Source: a virus (taxonomy: Duplodnaviria; Caudoviricetes). Taken from it: a DNA stretch of 32,842 nucleotides. Below are positions 24,330 through 32,691 of this stretch, piece by piece (positions within the stretch are counted from its first letter, which is position 1; each line of letters begins with the position of its first letter). Where the stretch lies: positions 1 to 32,842 of the IMG/VR virus record IMGVR_UViG_3300044477_000128; one strand, written 5' to 3'. A program made the translations under genes and the position numbers. A model generated the notes under the pieces. The model was not told the origin of the DNA and searched no databases. It was given only the letters and a program-made list of their open reading frames with translations.

Positions 24330-24871
24330 GCCGCACCGTCCTCACCATGGGCAGCGTCATAGGCGGCCAACGCGTCGTCTATTCGACCGTGAGCGTCCTC
24401 GGACACGATCTCGGCAATGCCGACCCATCTGGCAAACTCGTCCTTGCCGCACGAATGAAGAAAAGTATCCCACACTCCCAAACGGTAAGCCACCAGCGCT
24501 ACCACGGCGCCAAGGTCACCGGCTGCCGACGCTAGGCCTAGCGGAAGCGTCTCGTTGCGGCACAGGTACCGCGCGCACAGTACCCAACGGTCCCACGTTG
24601 TAGCCTCGCGAAATGCCGTAGCGTAGCGCTCAGCGGCTGAGAACGCAGCGTGTAACTTAAGAAGGTCACCCCAGTGTTCAAACGGCTCTGATAGCTCACG
24701 TCCGACGCCCTTGGTCCCGCTGCAACCCTGGTTGCCGCCTTTGGCAATCGCCTTAGCTATGCCGTCGAAGTTCGAGTGCTCACCCATGAGCGATGCGCTT
24801 GAACGTAGCCAGTCGGCCAATCCGCGATTGAACCCGCCGGGTCGTTTCTTTATGGACTTTTGTGTCGCCAT
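24326..24871 (-). CDS. Hypothetical protein, candidate late-gene regulator by position
   Basis: AAGGTG RBS; helical 181 aa; one of the last genes before the packaging module. Confidence 0.55.
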   Translation of the reverse strand: MATQKSIKKRPGGFNRGLADWLRSSASLMGEHSNFDGIAKAIAKGGNQGCSGTKGVGRELSEPFEHWGDLLKLHAAFSAAERYATAFREATTWDRWVLCARYLCRNETLPLGLASAAGDLGAVVALVAYRLGVWDTFLHSCGKDEFARWVGIAEIVSEDAHGRIDDALAAYDAAHGEDGAA

Positions 24872-24917
24872 GCGTCACCTTTCCTTCGCAACGCATCGTT
24901 AATCCCTCGCTCAATGT

Positions 24918-24957
24918 AACCGCTCAAGATTACCGTCTTGGGCGGTTTTTCTTATTT
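24918..24957 (+). terminator. Rho-independent terminator-like hairpin oriented on the plus (antisense) strand
   Basis: AACCGCTCAAGA-TTACCG-TCTTGGGCGGTT then TTTCTTATTT; 12-bp stem with one U.G pair on plus. Confidence 0.6.
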
Positions 24958-25974
24958 AGCACCATCATCAACAAGCAAAACAATCCTAGGGTTACGAATC
25001 TTTACAAGCGAACCCAGTGGGCAACTTGCGTCTGCTGCCACGCTAAACTGTGACACATTGTAATCTCTACCAAAACTCACCTTGATCTCTCGTGACACTT
25101 CTAACGGATCGCGGCATTCTACCTGCTCATTATACGAAAGCTCCACAACAGGAATCGATGCAACAATCAGCGATTTACCGATGACCGTTTCCGGTTTCTC
25201 AACGTTCGCCGCTTCCGATTCATTGAGCTCGACGTCGATCGTGTCGCTATCTAATCCGATGTTTTTGCTTTTTACCCACTCGCTTCCACGTGAGTACTCG
25301 ATTGCGCAAAATGTAGGATTGAACCGATATTTGCATTGCCCAGCAACCTGAAACTCCCTACCAGGTTCCGCCACCATTCTCCGGCACAGTTCAAGGCAGG
25401 TCATCTTGACGACACGTTTCACCGCTGGTCGCGACTCGATTAGGCGATAACGGTACCCAGCTGAGCAACTAGGAACCCACATGTCCAGCGACTTTTGCTG
25501 CACACCGCCAGAATAGAATCTGTTCCAGCTGCTAGAGCCTATACCGTTATCTAAACAAACCCACGCTAACTCATGCTCCCCAGGATTCGCCTTCAAAAAC
25601 TCACATGCCTGCTCCGCGCTCATCGAATACTCTTCCTCGAGCTTGATTCGGGCTAGCTCCGATTCGATGAACGCGTCGACTTTCTGGCAGATTGCATCGA
25701 GTTCTTTTAGCTCGTCAATCGTGCCCTGCGCGTATAGGTGCCACTTGTTAGCCGCGTTCTTTTGTGCGGTCCAGCATCGTGATGGTGAGTTGATATTTAT
25801 TACCCGTGGAGTGCCGCTAAACTCAGCGAATAGCTTTTTACCTTTCCACTCCGGTAGCTCACACTGCTTAAAGTCAATCTTGCTGTAATCAATATTTCGC
25901 TCTTTTTCCATCTCATCCTCCACTAAAAACGTTCCAGGCCAAACCGCGCGCGCTTCACGTTCAGTTATTCGCAT
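24952..25974 (-). CDS. Hypothetical protein (340 aa; alternative start ATG 25911 behind GGAGG)
   Basis: Long ORF in operon orientation; no recognised motif. Confidence 0.75.
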   Translation of the reverse strand: MRITEREARAVWPGTFLVEDEMEKERNIDYSKIDFKQCELPEWKGKKLFAEFSGTPRVININSPSRCWTAQKNAANKWHLYAQGTIDELKELDAICQKVDAFIESELARIKLEEEYSMSAEQACEFLKANPGEHELAWVCLDNGIGSSSWNRFYSGGVQQKSLDMWVPSCSAGYRYRLIESRPAVKRVVKMTCLELCRRMVAEPGREFQVAGQCKYRFNPTFCAIEYSRGSEWVKSKNIGLDSDTIDVELNESEAANVEKPETVIGKSLIVASIPVVELSYNEQVECRDPLEVSREIKVSFGRDYNVSQFSVAADASCPLGSLVKIRNPRIVLLVDDGAK

Positions 25975-26200
25975 CTTTCAAGCTCTTCTTGGCTCGCCAC
26001 TCGGCGATCACACACGCCTTATCTCGCTTGTGTCCGTATTCCCAGTCGTTATCCATGCCTTTTGTCGGCTCAGTCTTCTTGAGTCCAACATCAAAAAGCG
26101 TGCACGCGTTGGCGTTATCGTGCTCGAATTGACATCCGTTGCACCGCGTTTTGGTCGCGTTGATCGTCACGGTTCCTAGGTCGAGTTTACGTTCTGACAC
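25961..26200 (-). CDS. Small Cys-rich hypothetical protein
   Basis: CNGC...C...C; GGAG upstream of GTG. Confidence 0.6.
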   Translation of the reverse strand: MSERKLDLGTVTINATKTRCNGCQFEHDNANACTLFDVGLKKTEPTKGMDNDWEYGHKRDKACVIAEWRAKKSLKDANN

Positions 26201-26251
26201 GTTGACTAAATCTCCACAGCCACAAGCTTGTACGTTTTTAATTTTGACCGC

Positions 26252-26623
26252 TCATTGTTTCACCACGGCGTATATATAGTAATCGAAGTCTGGTTTCAGT
26301 AACTCGTGAACGTCTGGCTCGAATTGAATCCGATGATTGACGCCGTTTGTTTTAGCGTTACCAATCATCACCCGCCTCCTCCTTGGCTTCCTCTCTACAA
26401 TCGACCCGTCAGCGCGTTCGATGGTCCAGTCGGAGCGAACATCCGGCGCCCGGTCTGTTGTCCACTCTCCGCAAAGTTGGTACTCAAAAAGCACGTGCAT
26501 CCCGTCGCCGTTACATTTTACAGCGGTAAGCTCATCTGTCTTAGGCGCCTCCGCCGTCCAGTCATGATGCTTTGAAAGCGCAGCAACAACCTGCGCGGTC
26601 GTGTGTTTTGTTAGGTCTGACAT
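26252..26623 (-). CDS. Hypothetical protein
   Basis: Start placed at ATG 26623 (MSDLTK), overlapping the end of the upstream gene. Confidence 0.6.
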   Translation of the reverse strand: MSDLTKHTTAQVVAALSKHHDWTAEAPKTDELTAVKCNGDGMHVLFEYQLCGEWTTDRAPDVRSDWTIERADGSIVERKPRRRRVMIGNAKTNGVNHRIQFEPDVHELLKPDFDYYIYAVVKQ

Positions 26624-26853
26624 TTCTTCAATCCATTCCGTCTCCATGGTTTGCATCTAGCCGCTCCCGCTTCCAATTCTCTGCGCCGTTCCTGACGACA
26701 TGCCGTGCATTCATTCCGCAGTCCATCCGGGTTTTTCGCGTCTTTCGTGAAGCAGTTCAGCGGGTACCAGTCGCGGCATGACGTGCACTTTTTCCAGCGG
26801 TTATCCGACGGAACGATGCGCGGAATGAAGTTGGTCGAGCCCGAGGTTTTCAT
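26611..26853 (-). CDS. Stand-alone Zn-finger protein
   Basis: 'KKCTSC...F.KD...DGLRNECTAC', the finger usually found N-terminal to phage HNH/EndoVII domains; no nuclease domain follows. Confidence 0.7.
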   Translation of the reverse strand: MKTSGSTNFIPRIVPSDNRWKKCTSCRDWYPLNCFTKDAKNPDGLRNECTACRQERRRELEAGAARCKPWRRNGLKKCQT

Positions 26854-26905
26854 CGGTTGCGTTGCTCTACCCGAACTTTGACACCGTCAACGACCGTGTC
26901 CAATG

Positions 26906-27037
26906 CTATTTCGTCGTCACAGAAACCGGTCCATCTGCCGACGCGTTTCGTCTCTTGCGACGCTTCTCAATTCGACGATCGCGGACGGTTCCAGGCTTGG
27001 ATTTGTGCGGTGAATAGTTGGTGTAGGGTGGGCGCAT
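26906..27037 (-). CDS. Small basic ORF (43 aa), absent from ORF track
   Basis: ATG overlaps helicase TAA (TAATG): MRPPYTNYSPHKSKPGTVRDRRIEKRRKRRNASADGPVSVTTK. Confidence 0.4.
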   Translation of the reverse strand: MRPPYTNYSPHKSKPGTVRDRRIEKRRKRRNASADGPVSVTTK

Positions 27038-29100
27038 TAGAACGCACCGGGGAATTGTTCATCTAGATCATCAAAGTCAGCTCGCTCAAAACCTGGTATA
27101 TCGTAGCCTTCATTTGCCGGGCGAAGCGTCCGCTTGAAGCTCGCTGTTTTCTCATCCCACTCGAGTTCAGCCGAGCCCTTTTTTCCGTCTTTTGCCTTGT
27201 CAATAAGCAACACACGTGCACCTGCGTTGTATACGAGCTCTTCGTTCCCGTGCTCGTCTTTGCGGGTGACGTTGTTTTGTGGAGTCCACCCAAGCGCCAC
27301 AACTTCAGCGCCGCTCGCCAAGTCCTTACATTCCCGCACATCGCGTTTCGTCGGCGGCTTTGAAGCGTCCGCGATCGTGAGTTGCGAAAGCATGATGCTA
27401 GCAATCTTTCTCGTCTTGAACGAGTGCCGAAACTGCTGCCCGACGGCTTTGAACATTAATCGATCGTCGCCGTATTTCTGCTTGGTTGTTACCTCTTGAA
27501 CGTAATCTAGAATCACGACGTCGATACCTTCTGAGTCAACGACGTGTTCCATTTGCCTGAGCAGCCGCTCCCACGTAATACCGCGACCGTCTAGGTAAAC
27601 CGGGATCGCCTCAGCTGCACCAACCACCTCGGTGATTCTGCTGTAATCGTCGCCCTGTAATTGTCGATCGCGAATTCTCATCGCTTCAACGCCTGACCGT
27701 CGAGCGAGCAAACGATCACCGTAAACCGATTCGTCGTCCTCGGTCGAAACGATCAAGACCTTGGCGCCGGCTTTTAGGTTTTCATCTGCGCAAGCGATGG
27801 CCCACGATGATTTACCCCAAGACGTATCCGCGCCCATGACCCACGATTGACCCTTGCGAATGCCGCCGGTCAACATATCTATTTTCCAGTGTCCAGTCGT
27901 AAGCACTTTTGGCTTTTCACTGCTAAAAGCGCGAATCTGTGAACCAATAAGTATTTGCTGGACTGAAAGAACCCGCGGGCGTTCCGCGACAATTTTGCGA
28001 GCCTTGTCGCTTACCGGTTCGCATCCTTCCTCAGGGTTTTCCGAAAGTTTACCAGCTTTCGATTTATCGTTTTCGTCGATTCCACGTGGATTCGTTAGCC
28101 TCCAAACCGCGCAACGATCGCCAATGGTCTCCGCTACGTTTGACGCGTATTTGTCTCCTGCGTCATCGCAATGCGTTCGAACGTAAACATTCGCGTCTTT
28201 CGGAAGCTTTTCCGCGTGCTCCTTCGTCCACGACCCGGTGCCAATCCCGAAAACAGCAACGTCAACAGGAACTCGAGTGGACCACGTCGCCCAATCCGGT
28301 TCCCCCTCGCAAATAACCACGGTCTTGATTTGCTGGCCCTTGCCGGCGAGGATCTTGGCCGCGTCACGGTTGGCTAGGACGAGCCCGGTCATTCGGTGTC
28401 CGGTCGGCGGCAATCGCTTCGGCCCGGTCTTTCCATCGACCTGCCATGACCTGACGCTTCTGACGGCCCCGTTGCAGTCGACGACCCTTGCGATCACCCG
28501 ATGCCCAGAATCGCGCCAGGACGCGCCGCCGTAGGTGGCCCAGCCCGGTAGCGGCTGCGATGGTCCGATAACGCGTAGCAGGGCGCGCTCCGTCGCGGCG
28601 TTGGGGTCTATCGATCGCGACCTGAGCAATCCGGAAGCGTTCGCGTCGGAGGCAATCGGAGCGGCCAGCGACCACAGATCTCGGACCTCTGACTGGTCGG
28701 GGTACTCCCGCGGTGGCTCCGGCGACGGGAGCGGCACAGGCTTCCGCTCGGCCACTGGTCGACCGTTGCGGATCTCGTCGGCTAGCATTAGATCTCCGCC
28801 GATTTCTGCGCCGTGAGCCATGATTTCACGGAAGTCGTCGGCGCTATGGGTGTCGAGGCCGTCGGCATGGGCGATCATCCCGAGCGCGTCAGCGGACCAC
28901 CCGCAGGCGTGGCATTTCGCCCGCAATGTCCCGTCTTCGCCGGGCGTTATCCCGCACGACGGGGTTTTATCCGGGTGGGCAGGGCATCGAATAATCAAGC
29001 CCTTTCCGTTGGGTTTTGCGCCTGCCATCCACCCAAGCGAAGCGCACAAGGTTCGCGCGTCTACGAGAAGATTCCGCACTTCTTGCGCGTGGTCGCTCAT
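27037..29100 (-). CDS. Fused primase-helicase (CHC2 Zn finger, TOPRIM, DnaB-like SF4 helicase)
   Basis: 'CPAHPDKTPSC...CHAC'; 'VICEGEPD'; Walker A 'GADTSWGKSS', 'IVSTE', 'VILDYVQ', 'LSQL'. Confidence 0.92.
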   Translation of the reverse strand: MSDHAQEVRNLLVDARTLCASLGWMAGAKPNGKGLIIRCPAHPDKTPSCGITPGEDGTLRAKCHACGWSADALGMIAHADGLDTHSADDFREIMAHGAEIGGDLMLADEIRNGRPVAERKPVPLPSPEPPREYPDQSEVRDLWSLAAPIASDANASGLLRSRSIDPNAATERALLRVIGPSQPLPGWATYGGASWRDSGHRVIARVVDCNGAVRSVRSWQVDGKTGPKRLPPTGHRMTGLVLANRDAAKILAGKGQQIKTVVICEGEPDWATWSTRVPVDVAVFGIGTGSWTKEHAEKLPKDANVYVRTHCDDAGDKYASNVAETIGDRCAVWRLTNPRGIDENDKSKAGKLSENPEEGCEPVSDKARKIVAERPRVLSVQQILIGSQIRAFSSEKPKVLTTGHWKIDMLTGGIRKGQSWVMGADTSWGKSSWAIACADENLKAGAKVLIVSTEDDESVYGDRLLARRSGVEAMRIRDRQLQGDDYSRITEVVGAAEAIPVYLDGRGITWERLLRQMEHVVDSEGIDVVILDYVQEVTTKQKYGDDRLMFKAVGQQFRHSFKTRKIASIMLSQLTIADASKPPTKRDVRECKDLASGAEVVALGWTPQNNVTRKDEHGNEELVYNAGARVLLIDKAKDGKKGSAELEWDEKTASFKRTLRPANEGYDIPGFERADFDDLDEQFPGAF

Positions 29101-29972
29101 AGCGTCACCCCGAGCGTTGAGGCGTCGATCGACCTGGATTGCGATACGGTTGGCGGATCACGCAACTGGTATTCGCCTGGATTATTCCGCATCCAGTTTC
29201 GTAGAGTCGCTTGCCAATCGGCTTTTTTCTTTCCGTTACCCTGTGACCAATCGCGCATTCTCGCGAAGTGCTTCGACCAGTCAGTGCGAAGTTCGGCTGC
29301 TACCGCCAATGTGGCTTCTGTTGGCACCAGTTGGTCAGGGCAGACACCGGCCGTCGACTTCTCCCGTGCCTTTCTTGTTTTTCCCCCTAGGGGACTAAGG
29401 GGGATCTTAAGATCTTCTTTCTCTTCTGATTCTGTATCTGTATCTGCCTCTGCTTCTGTGACATAGCGTGACATGTCACGGTCTGTCACGGTGTCACGCT
29501 CTGTCACGCCGGATGTCACGGTTGTCACGCTTGAATTACCGTGACATCTGTCCGCGGATTCAGACCTCAGTCGTCTTTGTCGCTCCGCTGCTGTGTGGTC
29601 TTTGTCCCTGTATTTCTTGAAGTTTAGGACAATGAACCCACCTTCGACACGGATCATCCGACGGCCGTCAAACTTAAGCGACCGGCTTTCCAGGTCGGGA
29701 GACGTGCACTTGATAAGCGCGGCTGTACCACTGGCTCGGTCTAACTTTGCGCGGTCGATGATACCTCCGGCTGCCGCCTTGACGAATCCGTACCACCCAG
29801 GAGGAGCCTCCCAGCCGGTAAGCTCCAGTGAGCCGATGGCAATCTCAGGCACCGGTTCTAAGTACTCACGCGGTTCGGCCATCAGGATTGCAGTGATAAA
29901 AATGTCTCTGGCGTCGCGGTCGAACCAGATTGACGAATCCAATATCCCACAGTCTATTTTTGCGAAAGACAT
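29097..29972 (-). CDS. Replication initiator (lambda O-like architecture)
   Basis: N-terminal 'FAKIDCGILDSSIW', 'LNFKKYR...AAERQRRLR', iteron-encoded linker, 'EAEADTDTE...PLSPLGG', C-terminal 'DWQATLRNWMRN'; ATGA-coupled to primase-helicase. Confidence 0.85.
   Translation of the reverse strand: MSFAKIDCGILDSSIWFDRDARDIFITAILMAEPREYLEPVPEIAIGSLELTGWEAPPGWYGFVKAAAGGIIDRAKLDRASGTAALIKCTSPDLESRSLKFDGRRMIRVEGGFIVLNFKKYRDKDHTAAERQRRLRSESADRCHGNSSVTTVTSGVTERDTVTDRDMSRYVTEAEADTDTESEEKEDLKIPLSPLGGKTRKAREKSTAGVCPDQLVPTEATLAVAAELRTDWSKHFARMRDWSQGNGKKKADWQATLRNWMRNNPGEYQLRDPPTVSQSRSIDASTLGVTL
29457..29546. repeat. Iteron array, probable replication origin within the initiator gene
   Basis: TGTCACG at 29474, 29484, 29492, 29502, 29514, 29523; inverted CGTGACA at 29467 and 29540; near copy TGTGACA at 29457. 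Confidence 0.8.
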
Positions 29973-30527
29973 CTACGCTGCCCTCCATTGAACCAAGTTA
30001 CCAGCCGCAAACCAAGCCTCTCTAAGCTCTTCGCCTACGTCGCCCACATGCGAATTGCCTTCGTGCGCGCCGCAGTTTCTACAATCCCACTTCGAGCCAC
30101 AAGGAAACGTCAGCCCGCAATTGATGCAACGGAACATAAATCCGTCGGTCCAAACCAATTGCTTTCCGTCGGGACCATTTTCCGGTTCCGCGAAGTCACC
30201 AATTCTCGGCTGAATCGCACAAAACTCTGTTCGACCGGAAAGGATCAGCGCTTCGCCGTCCCACCCGGACGCTTCGATCTTCCGTTTTGCCGCGCAAAGA
30301 GCCTCGTCGGAAAGCTCGGGTTTTATCTCTATCAAAACGTGACTATGCTCAAAATCAGCTATAAAATCCGGCACATAAGAATTTAGATCAAAAGGTTCGT
30401 AAGTCACCGGCCACTTCAAAGACTCGAAAACAGCGGCCCATTTAGCCTCTAAACGGCTTCGATACATGACCCCGTGGAACATCGTTTTGATGCCATGAGA
30501 CGCAACTTTGCCAACATGGGTAACCAT
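29973..30527 (-). CDS. PD-(D/E)XK nuclease with C-terminal Zn ribbon
   Basis: 'YRSRLEAKWA...YEP...YVPDF...IEIKP'; CINC...CRNC; start placed at ATG 30527 just after the upstream stop. Confidence 0.8.
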   Translation of the reverse strand: MVTHVGKVASHGIKTMFHGVMYRSRLEAKWAAVFESLKWPVTYEPFDLNSYVPDFIADFEHSHVLIEIKPELSDEALCAAKRKIEASGWDGEALILSGRTEFCAIQPRIGDFAEPENGPDGKQLVWTDGFMFRCINCGLTFPCGSKWDCRNCGAHEGNSHVGDVGEELREAWFAAGNLVQWRAA

Positions 30528-30528
30528 G

Positions 30529-30981
30529 CTAAACTTTCTCCGTTCTTTCGTGAACACTGACCCGTGGCGATCTTTTGCGAGGCGTCACGGGTCTCTTACA
30601 TTTAGCACACTGGACGCTTGACGAGTAGTGATAAGCACCGAATACGTAGTGGTTTTTGAGCACTTTCTTCCCGCCCCGTCTTCTCCAAAGCCTCGATCGC
30701 CTCTCGTTAAACACCGACTCACAGTCATTGGCGACCCCCTCCCGAGTGCGCGCCTGATGATGGGCAAAATTCGTGTAGTGTTGCAGTTCGATAATCACCT
30801 TCTGCGCCTCCGCCGGCAGCATCGGCACCGTGCCTGACTTCGGTCGAAAGTAGACCTGTCCGTGTACGGAAACCGATATGTAGCCAATTGCCGTTTCGGT
30901 CTCGATTTGTCGACCATGCAGGATGATCCGCTCTGTTCTGGCGTGGTCGCGTTCGGTTAGGGTTAGGCGGTTGATGGTCAC
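30529..30981 (-). CDS. Hypothetical protein
   Basis: GTG 30981 overlaps upstream TGA and has GAGGTG RBS; basic C-terminus with CAKC. Confidence 0.55.
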   Translation of the reverse strand: MTINRLTLTERDHARTERIILHGRQIETETAIGYISVSVHGQVYFRPKSGTVPMLPAEAQKVIIELQHYTNFAHHQARTREGVANDCESVFNERRSRLWRRRGGKKVLKNHYVFGAYHYSSSVQCAKCKRPVTPRKRSPRVSVHERTEKV

Positions 30982-31328
30982 AGAAACACCTCGTCGTGTC
31001 TCCAATTTGCAAGAGTCGAAAGCGCCTCATTGGCACTGGTAACAACCGCGTATCGAGCGCCGAATTTGCGCGCCTTGGTCTCCCATTCGCATTGCCCGGT
31101 GCTCTGTTTCTTTCCTGGCACCTTCACCTCAAGCCCAAAAAAACGACCGTACCCGGGCAATATGCCGATAATGTCAGGGCTTCCCTTGGGAGCCATACGG
31201 ATAAATCTTCTTGATTCGCCCTCGCCGACTACCATGTTCCCAGAATTATTGCGCCAACACCAATATCCAGAGCACTGTAGGACTTCGAGAATTGCCTTCT
31301 GAATTTTAGACTCTACGTTTGCCATCAC
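30978..31328 (-). CDS. VRR-NUC family nuclease (resolvase-like)
   Basis: 'ESKIQKAI...WRNNSG...GSPDII...GLEVK...QCEW...YAVVTS'. Confidence 0.9.
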   Translation of the reverse strand: MMANVESKIQKAILEVLQCSGYWCWRNNSGNMVVGEGESRRFIRMAPKGSPDIIGILPGYGRFFGLEVKVPGKKQSTGQCEWETKARKFGARYAVVTSANEALSTLANWRHDEVFL

Positions 31329-31807
31329 TCCGCCTTTTCCCCGAAGCGTTCTTCGCGCGTTGAAGCGTCAACTTCGTTGTATAATTCTTTGACCGGTACG
31401 ATTATTATTGCGACCGGTTCGCATGCCCATACGTGGTAGTTTTTGATGAACGCGGCAATAAACGCGTCGTATGCCGCCTTGACTTCCGCCAGGCCTTCAT
31501 CGGTAAATGTATCAAATCTCGAACTAGGCTCCGCGCCTAAAGCATGTCGCTCCTCTATGTCGTACGCGATATCCTCGACTGGATCGAACATTTCAGGTTT
31601 CACGACCATCCGACGATATGCGGTTATCTCTAGCGAACCGCCTGAATCTCTAAGCTCGCAAAGCTTTTTCGATTCCTCTGACCAGTCTAGATCGTCGTCG
31701 TAGATTGCGTCTATCAACTCGAGTGATAGTTCTTCTTTTCCGTCGCGGCCAAAGGCTTCGAATCCTTTCACTCTCGGGTCGTCCCAATTGATTTTTGGTA
31801 AAGCCAT
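31325..31807 (-). CDS. Acidic hypothetical protein
   Basis: Coupled on both sides (TAATG, GTGA); 160 aa. Confidence 0.75.
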   Translation of the reverse strand: MALPKINWDDPRVKGFEAFGRDGKEELSLELIDAIYDDDLDWSEESKKLCELRDSGGSLEITAYRRMVVKPEMFDPVEDIAYDIEERHALGAEPSSRFDTFTDEGLAEVKAAYDAFIAAFIKNYHVWACEPVAIIIVPVKELYNEVDASTREERFGEKAE

Positions 31808-32691
31808 TACTCTGCTGCCTCCGTTGAAAGCTCAACTTCTTCCGGTTTTCTTCCGTTCGCCCAAATCAACAACTCAGGCACAAGCCCGCGCCCTTCGCCT
31901 TTCGAATTCACGCGACGCGGGACCATGATAGTCGCCATGTTTACGCGTTTGATTCCGCCGTAAATCTCGCGAACAATCGACAGATCTGCATTAGACGCAA
32001 TAACGCAAACGCCGCGCGCTGCTAGTTCTGAAAACTTCGATGCGACTTGCAACTGGTCTGAATAGGTGAACCCGTCGCGTGAGTAATTGACGAAGTTCGC
32101 CGACTTCGAAACAGGGAAGTACGGCGGGTCTAAGTAAACAACATCGCCTTTTTCCGCATCATCGACAACTATCGTAAAGCGATTGGTTTTTAGAACAGCG
32201 CCTTGCAGTGCCTTCGATGCGGCTGCCAAGTTTTCGACATCGACGTCCCACTTGACTCGCTGTCCCCACGGTGAATTGAAACCGTTACTCTTATTTACCC
32301 GGTAAAGACCGTTATAACAGGTCTTGTTTAGGAAAAGCGTTCGCGCGGCTTTACCGTTTACGCTATCCGGAATGCTGTCCCTGACCCTGTAGTACGACTC
32401 TTCGGTTACATAGTGCGGATTTAGAAGCGCGATCTCTTTCAAAACGCCGACTAGATCATTGGCCACACACAGGTGCATATTTATCAGTTCGCGATTGCAG
32501 TCAGAAAGCACCGCCTTGTCGATTCTCCCTGCGCGTTTCAATGCAAAAAACAGCGCGCCACCGCCAAAGAAAGGCTCAATGTAGCAGTTAAACTTTTTCG
32601 GCATTACCGCCATTATTTGCTGAGCCGATAGCTCTTTCCCCCCGGCCCACTTAACAATGGGACGAGGTGTTTCAATTCTTCTTTTTTTCAC
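31807..32691 (-). CDS. dam: DNA adenine methyltransferase, Dam/D12 class
   Basis: 'KWAGGK', 'EPFFGGGA', 'YNGLYRVN', 'DPPY'; start placed at GTG 32691, which overlaps the upstream TGA. Confidence 0.93.
   Translation of the reverse strand: MKKRRIETPRPIVKWAGGKELSAQQIMAVMPKKFNCYIEPFFGGGALFFALKRAGRIDKAVLSDCNRELINMHLCVANDLVGVLKEIALLNPHYVTEESYYRVRDSIPDSVNGKAARTLFLNKTCYNGLYRVNKSNGFNSPWGQRVKWDVDVENLAAASKALQGAVLKTNRFTIVVDDAEKGDVVYLDPPYFPVSKSANFVNYSRDGFTYSDQLQVASKFSELAARGVCVIASNADLSIVREIYGGIKRVNMATIMVPRRVNSKGEGRGLVPELLIWANGRKPEEVELSTEAAE

Noticed and set aside
29457-29546. Short repeats considered as a CRISPR array
   Set aside because: Units are 7 bp with mostly 1-5-nt gaps, in-frame within a gene, with no cas genes; iterons fit better
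30585-30745. GGAGGGGG followed by ATG inside the 30529-30981 gene, suggesting a separate overlapping gene
   Set aside because: The resulting short peptide has no recognisable features and the host frame stays open; cannot be supported
144-31703. Numerous plus-strand and alternate-frame ORFs of 60-220 aa in the track (e.g. 144-464, 6150-6650, 15783-16229, 28813-29466)
   Set aside because: They lie wholly opposite or inside well-supported minus-strand genes and show no motifs; they are shadow ORFs
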